Source of the DNA: an uncultured archaeon
GTDB taxonomy: Archaea; Asgardarchaeota; Thorarchaeia; Thorarchaeales; Thorarchaeaceae
Reading direction: 5' to 3'
Length of the DNA stretch: 32,000 bases
NCBI GenBank assembly: GCA_964354495.1
Contig: CAYHAA010000002.1
Location: 30,001-62,000 of the forward strand
Position numbers and translations under genes: made by a program. How positions within the stretch are numbered: the first letter of the stretch is position 1; every line of letters starts with the position of its first letter. The notes under the pieces are model-generated. The model was not told where the DNA came from. It made no database searches and was given only the letters and a program-made list of their open reading frames with translations. Below, in pieces: positions 1 to 6,994 of this stretch.

Positions 1-264
1 ATGATTTGGGACACTATTTGGAAAGACACTCCATGGCATGGCACTCCGGGCGGATAGTCGCTCCAAGATCTACCATGTTGCGTAGGGTGAGTTGAGAACA
101 CCATCAGCCTTCTCATTGTATGACAATCACTCATTCATGGAGCCACCTGAGTTCGTGTCGAAGCAGCTCAATACTTCCACATGTCGTGAAAGAGAAGCCT
201 ACAATCGAATTTGAAAGGATGCAAGAAAGGCCAATTGCTAACGCTTATGTTGGTGCTTGCATTC

Positions 265-272
265 CTATAAAC
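265..272 (+). promoter_or_regulatory. Candidate TATA box for iorAB
   Basis: CTATAAAC 33-40 nt upstream of the iorA ATG (305); SD-like GAGGT at 294-298. Confidence 0.45.
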
Positions 273-304
273 GGCTTTGAGTTAAGAGATACTGAGGTCT
301 AGAG

Positions 305-2209
305 ATGACAATTGAAGATGTAAAGCGGACCGATACAGGAATCGCTCTCCTACTTGCTAACGAGGCCGTGGTACGCGGAGCTTTAGAGGCAAATGTGAAG
401 GTAGTGGCATTCTACCCCGGTTCACCCACATCAGAGATCTTGGATACGTTCAGCGAAGTCATTGATCATTTTGGTGACTACAAGATGCATATCTCGTCGA
501 ACGAGAAAGTTGCGCTTGAGACCGTTGCCGGAGCCTCGATGGCTGGAATGAGGTCATTCACATCTATGAAGAGCGTCGGAATGAATGTCGCAAGCGACTC
601 AATGTTCAGCATAGCGTATACCGGACTCAATGCGGGTTGTGTGTGTCTCATTGCAGATGACCCACATGCACACTCCTCTCAATCTGAGCAGGATGGACGA
701 TACTTTGGAGAGGCTGCCTACATACCTATGCTTGAACCATCAACCGCTCAGGAGGCGCTTGATATGACGAAATGGGCTTTCGAGGTCTCGGAGAAGCACA
801 AGACTCTGGTCATCCTCAGAACTACGACGCGTGTCAATCATCAGCGTGGGATGGTGAAGCTCGGCAAGCTTGAGAGGACTCCATTCAAGAAGAACAAATG
901 GCAAGACATCAAAGGACCTTACTACACCGTCGGAGCTGTAGCTAGAGCGCTAAAGGCGAAGCTTCTGCAGAAGACTGACGCGATTAAAGCGGATTTCGAG
1001 GAATCTGATTTCAACTTCGTTGTACCAGGTAGCGGCGCTGTGGGGATACTGAATGCAGGCGTTTCTTATGCTCATACGAGAGAAGCAATGCGGAATCTTA
1101 GAGTGAAGCTGCCGATATTCAAGCTTGGCACTCTCTTCCCGCTTCCTGAGAAGAAACTTGGAGAATTCCTGAAGACTATATCTACTCTCATAGTCGTGGA
1201 GGAACTGACACCCTATCTTGAAACACGAGTAATGGCACTAGCACATAGATACAATCCGAGTCTCAATATCGTGGGCAAAAGAAGTGGACACTTCAGTGAG
1301 ATGCTTGAGTATAACGTGCCAATTGTCGAAACCGTGTTGGCTGATGTCCTCGGAAAGAAAGCAAGTATGGACTATGATGCAATCCTGAAGAAAGCTGAAA
1401 AGCTCAAAGACATCCTTCCAGAGAGACCTCCAATCTTCTGTCCTGGCTGTCCACACAGGGGCACGCTATGGGCCTTCCGACAAGCCCTACAGCAATTACG
1501 GATTCAAAGCAAAATTGTGTTCAACAACGATATTGGCTGCTACTCCATGGCTTTCCTTCCACCGAATGAGTTCAGTGATTCAATGCTAGCGATGGGATCT
1601 TCGTTGGGAGTTTCTGCTGGTATGGAGATGGCACTAGAAGACAAAGTGATTGCCATGGTGGGAGATAGCACTCTGTACCATGCAGCTCTTCCTGGCGTTG
1701 TCAACCTCATCCATCACAATGCGAACGTGACACTCTTTGTCCTTGACAACGCAGTCACTGCAATGACAGGACAGCAATATAATCCAAACTCGCCCTATAA
1801 TGCAGGCGGACATGAAGCACGTAAGATCAACATGGAAAAGATGTTCGAGGCGCTCGGGGCAGACTCTGTCACCATAATCGATCCCTACGAAACACGTGAT
1901 TGTGTCGCTCCTATCAAGAAGGCAATCGAGAGCGATGGTTTCAATGTCATAATCTCCCGACGTGACTGTGCACTCTACGGCGACCGTCTCAAGAGAAACG
2001 CTGGCGAGATGATCATTCCCAGTGAGAATGTCAAGGACACTTGTCGTAATATCTATGCTTGCATAAGGGAATTCTACTGCCCAGCCATCGCTATTGATGA
2101 ACGGGACGGCAAGATGATTATCCAACAGGATCTGTGCGACGGATGTCTTGAATGCGGGCAGACATGTCCCGTGAAGGCGCCCAAGCATGTGGAGGTGGAA
2201 GGCCGATGA
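305..2209 (+). CDS. iorA: Indolepyruvate:ferredoxin oxidoreductase alpha subunit
   Basis: Motifs NEAVVRGALEA, YPGSPTSEI, NEKVALE, SSQSEQD, RPPIFCPGCPHR, DIGCY, GDST, DNAVTAMTGQQ and a C-terminal ferredoxin domain (CDGCLECGQTCP). Confidence 0.93.
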   Translation: MTIEDVKRTDTGIALLLANEAVVRGALEANVKVVAFYPGSPTSEILDTFSEVIDHFGDYKMHISSNEKVALETVAGASMAGMRSFTSMKSVGMNVASDSMFSIAYTGLNAGCVCLIADDPHAHSSQSEQDGRYFGEAAYIPMLEPSTAQEALDMTKWAFEVSEKHKTLVILRTTTRVNHQRGMVKLGKLERTPFKKNKWQDIKGPYYTVGAVARALKAKLLQKTDAIKADFEESDFNFVVPGSGAVGILNAGVSYAHTREAMRNLRVKLPIFKLGTLFPLPEKKLGEFLKTISTLIVVEELTPYLETRVMALAHRYNPSLNIVGKRSGHFSEMLEYNVPIVETVLADVLGKKASMDYDAILKKAEKLKDILPERPPIFCPGCPHRGTLWAFRQALQQLRIQSKIVFNNDIGCYSMAFLPPNEFSDSMLAMGSSLGVSAGMEMALEDKVIAMVGDSTLYHAALPGVVNLIHHNANVTLFVLDNAVTAMTGQQYNPNSPYNAGGHEARKINMEKMFEALGADSVTIIDPYETRDCVAPIKKAIESDGFNVIISRRDCALYGDRLKRNAGEMIIPSENVKDTCRNIYACIREFYCPAIAIDERDGKMIIQQDLCDGCLECGQTCPVKAPKHVEVEGR

Positions 2210-2838
2210 AGAAAGGAGAAACCTACAACATCCTATTCTGCGGAGTAGGAGGTCAAGGTCTGATGCTCTTATCAGCTATTCTTGGTAAAGCAGGACTTGA
2301 CTCCGGGTTCAATATCATGACAGGGGAGCAACACGGCCTCTCGCAGAGACATGGTTCGATTTATGTTCACTTTCGAATTGGAGACCCACTCTCGCCGCTT
2401 ATTCCATATGGCAAAGCAGACATGATGATATCCATGGAGGCGACCGAGGCGCTTCGGTACATCGAGTACCTGAAGAAGGACGGGGTCATTATTACGAGCA
2501 ACCGGATAATGCCAACTGTCACGGAAACCAAGAAGGTCGCATTGGATAAGGAGAAGAAGACTAAGTACCTGACAGTTGAACGAATCGTAGAAAGGATGAA
2601 GCAAGTCACAAGTAAGGTGGTCGTGCTTGATTCTCTCAATCTAGCATTGCAGGCAGGGAATCCAAGAACTGAGAACTCAGTTCTGGTCGGCGCGACAGTT
2701 GCATGCGCGGATTTCCCAATTCCGAAGGAGGAAGTGAAAAAGGCAGTTCTTGCCCTTGTTCCTCCGAAGACCATCGAAGCCAACTCAAGGGCTTTTGACC
2801 TTGGCTGTAGTATCTGCGCGGATTGTCTCGGTGGATAA
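2206..2838 (+). CDS. iorB: Indolepyruvate:ferredoxin oxidoreductase beta subunit
   Basis: GVGGQG, GEQHGLSQRHGSIYVHFRIG, EALR and NSVLVGA motifs. Start moved from 2152 to ATG 2206, which overlaps the iorA stop (ATGA) and follows SD GGAGGTGG at 2191-2198. Confidence 0.92.
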   Translation: MKKGETYNILFCGVGGQGLMLLSAILGKAGLDSGFNIMTGEQHGLSQRHGSIYVHFRIGDPLSPLIPYGKADMMISMEATEALRYIEYLKKDGVIITSNRIMPTVTETKKVALDKEKKTKYLTVERIVERMKQVTSKVVVLDSLNLALQAGNPRTENSVLVGATVACADFPIPKEEVKKAVLALVPPKTIEANSRAFDLGCSICADCLGG

Positions 2839-2865
2839 GAATGATAAATTGCCTCACACCACATG

Positions 2866-2873
2866 CTTATAAT
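2866..2873 (+). promoter_or_regulatory. Candidate TATA box for the TrxB-like gene
   Basis: CTTATAAT in the iorB-trxB gap, about 40 nt upstream of ATG 2911. Confidence 0.4.
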
Positions 2874-2910
2874 GCCATAATCACGACTTCTAGGATGAGT
2901 GAAATGCACT

Positions 2911-3915
2911 ATGGTTAAGATTTATGACGCAATCATTGTTGGCGGTGGTCCTGCCGGATGCTCAGCGGCACTTCATCTTTCTTTCCATGAACGTTCTGTG
3001 CTGGTTCTGGATCGAGGAACCAGCCCCATGGCATTTCATACTAACTCCATCTTGAACTTCATTGGCTCGGTCTACCATGAAGGTCGAAGCCTCTTGCGCA
3101 GCATGCAGGGAGAGACCCGAGCTGCTGGAGCTGAGTTCATTGCCGCAGACGTCGTGGAGATATCAGGTCGATATCCCGACTTCAAGATTAGAACATCACC
3201 GAGCTACCGGACAAAGGATGAGAATGAGTATCATGCGAAGTTGCTTCTCATATCTACTGGAACAGCCAGAAAGCATCCAAAGGTAAATGGGCAATGGCGA
3301 GGATGGCTACCAGTTGCTAATGTCGGAAACGGAGCATTCTATTGCCCCGACTGCGAGGCGCCATTGTGCAAAGGAAAGGAGGTTCTGATCGTGAATGTGG
3401 GCACCGTAGGAAGCGCTCTCCATGTAGCCAACTCACTCACGCGCTTTACAGATAAGATTCAGATTCTAATGACTGAAGATGCCTATATTCCAATTGAGGG
3501 TCAAGATCTCTCCAAGTTGGATAGTTCGCGATTTCCTTGGACTAGAGGAATCATCAAGTCGATTAGTTTTCCGAGGCCTGGAGTGATGCAGTCAGTGACT
3601 CTTGCAGACGATCGGAAACTGAAGGCCAATGTGTTCTTTGTTGCCCATGTCGGAGTCGCGAGGTCAGAACTCGCACGACAAATAGGGATAGACGTCGATG
3701 AAAAAGGAAACATACTCACTGACCATCGAGGGAAAACCAACGTTGAAGGCATTTGGGCAGCAGGCGATGTTAGACCCATAACGCAGCAGATAGCTATGGC
3801 AGTAGGTACAGGGAATTATGCGGCATTGATGATGAATCAGTTTCTAGGCAACAAGCATGAGCAGGAACAGGCGTTTGACCATCCTGATTATCGCAGAGCA
3901 TTACATATGGGGTAG
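2911..3915 (+). CDS. TrxB-like FAD-dependent disulfide oxidoreductase
   Basis: GGGPAG FAD motif, CPDC redox motif, TNVEGIWAAGD second FAD motif; the NAD(P)H-binding motif is degenerate. Alternative start GTG 2899. Confidence 0.85.
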   Translation: MVKIYDAIIVGGGPAGCSAALHLSFHERSVLVLDRGTSPMAFHTNSILNFIGSVYHEGRSLLRSMQGETRAAGAEFIAADVVEISGRYPDFKIRTSPSYRTKDENEYHAKLLLISTGTARKHPKVNGQWRGWLPVANVGNGAFYCPDCEAPLCKGKEVLIVNVGTVGSALHVANSLTRFTDKIQILMTEDAYIPIEGQDLSKLDSSRFPWTRGIIKSISFPRPGVMQSVTLADDRKLKANVFFVAHVGVARSELARQIGIDVDEKGNILTDHRGKTNVEGIWAAGDVRPITQQIAMAVGTGNYAALMMNQFLGNKHEQEQAFDHPDYRRALHMG

Positions 3916-3982
3916 TGAGCAGAATGTCTCAAACCGCAATATTGAATAAACAGGCTAGAGTAATCTTAGCCATGAAGAACCG

Positions 3983-4501
3983 GTGGATTCAATAACAATA
4001 GTTAATATAGAAGGCGACAAACAAGTGAGCAGCACTGAGGTAATTAATATATTCAAACAACAGATAGATGTTGAAAAAAAGACACTTGAGAAACTTGTCA
4101 AGCTAGAGGAATCAGCGAACGAGGCGACAGTAAGACTAGCATTCATGGACCTTCGCTTGGACACATGGAAACACATCAAGTTCCTTGAAGGAATGATAGA
4201 AGTGATTACTACAACTCCCTGTGATGAGTGGTCCGCCAAAGTGGGGCGTTATGCTGGCAGAGTGAAGCTTGAACGAGAGCTCAAAACACTCGTCGACGAT
4301 GAAAACCAGATGGTCTTGCTTCTTGGAAAAGTTCTCAAGAAGATTGATGATCCCATTGCACAGCTCTTAATTGAACATATGCGAGATGAAGAGGAAACCC
4401 ATCACTCGGGTCTCACGAAACTTATCCGACTGATCAAGCAATCCCCTCTGCAATCAAAGAAAGGGGAGAAGGGTACAGACATCGTCTGCGACCCCGATTA
4501 G
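3983..4501 (+). CDS. Ferritin-like/rubrerythrin-like four-helix bundle protein
   Basis: Two helical halves with VEKK..DTWKH and DENQ..EEETHH patterns; GTG start. Confidence 0.65.
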   Translation: MDSITIVNIEGDKQVSSTEVINIFKQQIDVEKKTLEKLVKLEESANEATVRLAFMDLRLDTWKHIKFLEGMIEVITTTPCDEWSAKVGRYAGRVKLERELKTLVDDENQMVLLLGKVLKKIDDPIAQLLIEHMRDEEETHHSGLTKLIRLIKQSPLQSKKGEKGTDIVCDPD

Positions 4502-4531
4502 ACTATCGATTTCTTACTGAGGTTACAAATA

Positions 4532-5011
4532 TTGCCGACTCTAAAAGATGTTCAGAAGGATGCAAAAGGAGCATCGGAGTGCATCGAGACAATACCCCAG
4601 ATGTATCGTGGAGGTTTTCTTAGACAGAAAGAGGAGTACTCACTTAACGCAAAGGCATTAGAGCGACTCAAAACACTATGTAAGGAGTACACCTGTGTTA
4701 TGCTCTATGCTGACTGGTGTGGAGATTCCAGAAAAGCACTACCAGTACTTGCACTCATAGAGGAGCAGACAGGAAAGAAAATGCCTGCGCTGGGCGGGAT
4801 GACAAAACCACCCTATGGTTCAAACAGATTGTGGGCAGTGCCTCCATCTCCACCCGAAGTGGAGACTTTCAAAATAACCAGCAGTCCTACGATTCTCATC
4901 TTTAACAAGGCAGGAGAGGAGATAGGTCGTATTAAGACACGTCAGAGAATGACTCCGACAATTGAGGAAGAGATCGTCAAGATTATAGAAGATAGCGAAA
5001 AGAGAAAGTGA
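4532..5011 (+). CDS. Thioredoxin-fold protein with CxxS site
   Basis: YADWCGDS, then SSPTILIFNKAGEEIGRI (cis-Pro loop and beta hairpin); TTG start after SD GAGGT. Confidence 0.8.
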   Translation: MPTLKDVQKDAKGASECIETIPQMYRGGFLRQKEEYSLNAKALERLKTLCKEYTCVMLYADWCGDSRKALPVLALIEEQTGKKMPALGGMTKPPYGSNRLWAVPPSPPEVETFKITSSPTILIFNKAGEEIGRIKTRQRMTPTIEEEIVKIIEDSEKRK

Positions 5012-5038
5012 CTTAGTAGCGAATCGTTGACCTCTGTA

Positions 5039-5155
5039 ATGATTCTTGACCTCAATCTTGCTCCAGGAAACTACATTTGGGTGCACTACTTCACAACAGA
5101 CTCAGAGGGCATAGCCACGCCGCTGTTGGTGACTGTTTCCGTTCTCTATAAGTGA
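5039..5155 (+). pseudogene. 38-codon ORF resembling the C-terminal half of an Ig-like domain (remnant or microprotein)
   Basis: My translation: MILDLNLAPGNYIWVHYFTTDSEGIATPLLVTVSVLYK; same frame as the upstream thioredoxin and open from 5012. Confidence 0.3.
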
Positions 5156-5172
5156 TGGTCCTTGCCTAGGAA

Positions 5173-6051
5173 TCAAGGCCAATTGGGAGTCATTGATGTA
5201 TAGGGTGCATCTGAATCTGAGTATAGTATTGCAGTGGGCATATGTGGAGTATCAAATCGTACAGTCGTATTCCCCTTACAGTCGGCAAGAATAATGCCTG
5301 CTTCTCCACTTGTCTTCTGACGCAACTCACCCATAATCCTCTCGGCAGCCTCTTCGACAGTCAAGCCCTTCTCAACGTGATACACCGCCATTCTTGCCAT
5401 TGTAATTCTCAAAATCTGTTCGCCTTTTCCCGTGCAGCAAGCTGCAGCAACATCATTGGCATAGACTCCTGCTCCGATGATTGGAGAGTCTCCAATTCTT
5501 CCCACGAGCTTGCCCGGCCAGCCACTCGTAGAAGCTGCAGCAGCCATTCGCCCCTCTGCATCAACAGCGACTGCTCCAACTGTGTCACATCCTTCTGCGA
5601 TAAAAGGCACGGCAGTTCTTTTAGCTCCGACCTCCTTGCGATATCCCTCATCTATCATCTTTTGATAGAGCTTGTTTGCTCCTCTTCCTGCAATCTGATA
5701 GTTCGAGGTCCTCTCCAACACATAACGGGCAAGAGAGATGGGATGGATTATGTCTTGAACGGCCATGACTGCGCCACTCTCAAGACGATTGCCATCCATG
5801 ATCATTGCGTCTAGCTCAATCTCTCCGTCTTGGTTCTTACTTGCACCCCGACCTGCAGTGAAGATACTCGTTTCCTCAAGAACATATACGGCGGCCTCTG
5901 CAGCGTCCAGTGATGATCCTCCTCTATTGAAGACACACATGCCCGTACGTGCGGCTTTCTCAACAGCGTTCAAGATATCCCCATGGAACTTGGTCTGGAA
6001 TCTCGTTGCACCGCCATGTACTATAATTATGGGTAGTGTCATCTGCATCAC
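5173..6051 (-). CDS. iaaA: Isoaspartyl peptidase/L-asparaginase (Ntn hydrolase, type 2)
   Basis: IIVHGGA, ELDAMIMDG, DTVGAVA (Thr nucleophile), GRIGDSPIIGAG, CTGKGE. Confidence 0.92.
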   Translation of the reverse strand: MMQMTLPIIIVHGGATRFQTKFHGDILNAVEKAARTGMCVFNRGGSSLDAAEAAVYVLEETSIFTAGRGASKNQDGEIELDAMIMDGNRLESGAVMAVQDIIHPISLARYVLERTSNYQIAGRGANKLYQKMIDEGYRKEVGAKRTAVPFIAEGCDTVGAVAVDAEGRMAAAASTSGWPGKLVGRIGDSPIIGAGVYANDVAAACCTGKGEQILRITMARMAVYHVEKGLTVEEAAERIMGELRQKTSGEAGIILADCKGNTTVRFDTPHMPTAILYSDSDAPYTSMTPNWP

Positions 6052-6091
6052 TTGAATCCAGGAAGAGTAGGTACATCAAAAATGTATCGCA

Positions 6092-6994
6092 CTAGAGACC
6101 CAGTCGATGGAGCTCCTCTTCGAATATCCTCTGTCTATCGACTAGTCTCATTCTTTGTCCTGCAAACGCGCCAAGGTCGATAGTACCTTTTCTTGCGGCT
6201 TCGTCAAGTCTGCCAATCTCATCTTTGATTTCCTTGAGGCGTTCCCTGACAACATCGACTCTGGATGCTGCGCCCATCTCTTGGTCCGCGGTAGGAGACT
6301 GGACCGAGATTATTTGGCCATCACGAATCCTATAGATTCTGTCGCACTGTCTTGCAATCGAGGGGTCATGTGTCACCATGATAATCGTCTTGCCGTATTC
6401 CTTGTTCACCTTGTGCAAGTACTGGATAATAACGCCACCAGTTTCCGTGTCGAGATCCCCGGTAGGCTCATCGCAAAGCAAGACCATTGGATCATTCGCA
6501 ATTGCAGCGGCGATGGCGACTCGTTGACGTTCGCCCCCGGAGAGCTCATCGGGTTTGTGATCCTTTCTATCCTCGAGACCAACAACCGAGAGCAGTTCCT
6601 CAACCCGCCTCTTTCTGGTGCTTCCGTCCTTTCTAGCGGCAAGCATCGGGAGCTCGATATTCTCATAGGCAGTGAGAGTACTAAGAAGGTTCAGTTCTTG
6701 GAAGATATGGCCAACGATTTCCCGGCGAAGGGCAACTAGCTGCGTAGGATTGGCATTCGTGACATCATACCCCGCCACGACAGTCCTTCCGGCAGTGGCT
6801 CTCGTTATGCCGCCTAGAATATTGAGCAAGGTAGTCTTTCCAGAGCCTGAGGCACCAACAATGGCCACCATCTCACCTTTATTGACCTGCATCGATAGGC
6901 CACGCAGTGCCTGCACCTCAACGTTTCCGAGGCGAAACACTTTCACCAAGTCATCAGTCTGTATGTATGCTGTATTATTCATCATCTTCTCCAC
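6092..6994 (-). CDS. ABC transporter ATP-binding protein, LolD/MacB family, with a ~57 aa helical C-terminal extension
   Basis: Walker A GASGSGKT, LSGGERQ signature, Walker B LLCDEPTG, H-loop VTHD; abuts the permease stop (true start may be ATG 6985 or 6982). Confidence 0.93.
   Translation of the reverse strand: MEKMMNNTAYIQTDDLVKVFRLGNVEVQALRGLSMQVNKGEMVAIVGASGSGKTTLLNILGGITRATAGRTVVAGYDVTNANPTQLVALRREIVGHIFQELNLLSTLTAYENIELPMLAARKDGSTRKRRVEELLSVVGLEDRKDHKPDELSGGERQRVAIAAAIANDPMVLLCDEPTGDLDTETGGVIIQYLHKVNKEYGKTIIMVTHDPSIARQCDRIYRIRDGQIISVQSPTADQEMGAASRVDVVRERLKEIKDEIGRLDEAARKGTIDLGAFAGQRMRLVDRQRIFEEELHRLGL

Noticed and set aside
1-302. ORF 120-302 and short degenerate repeats (TTTGG..GACACT) in the first 50 nt
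   Set aside because: The ORF overlaps the iorA promoter region and has no recognisable motif; the repeats are too short and irregular. The first printed line appears to have 59 bases, so frames there are unreliable.
5009-5011. UGA as selenocysteine in the thioredoxin-like protein
   Set aside because: The UGA is at the natural C-terminus after a charged helix, not in a redox motif, and no SECIS-like structure was found downstream.
5106-5116. GGGCATAGC also occurs here, matching the stem at 10617
   Set aside because: A second copy of a 9-mer in 32 kb is expected by chance at an appreciable rate, and the flanks do not match.
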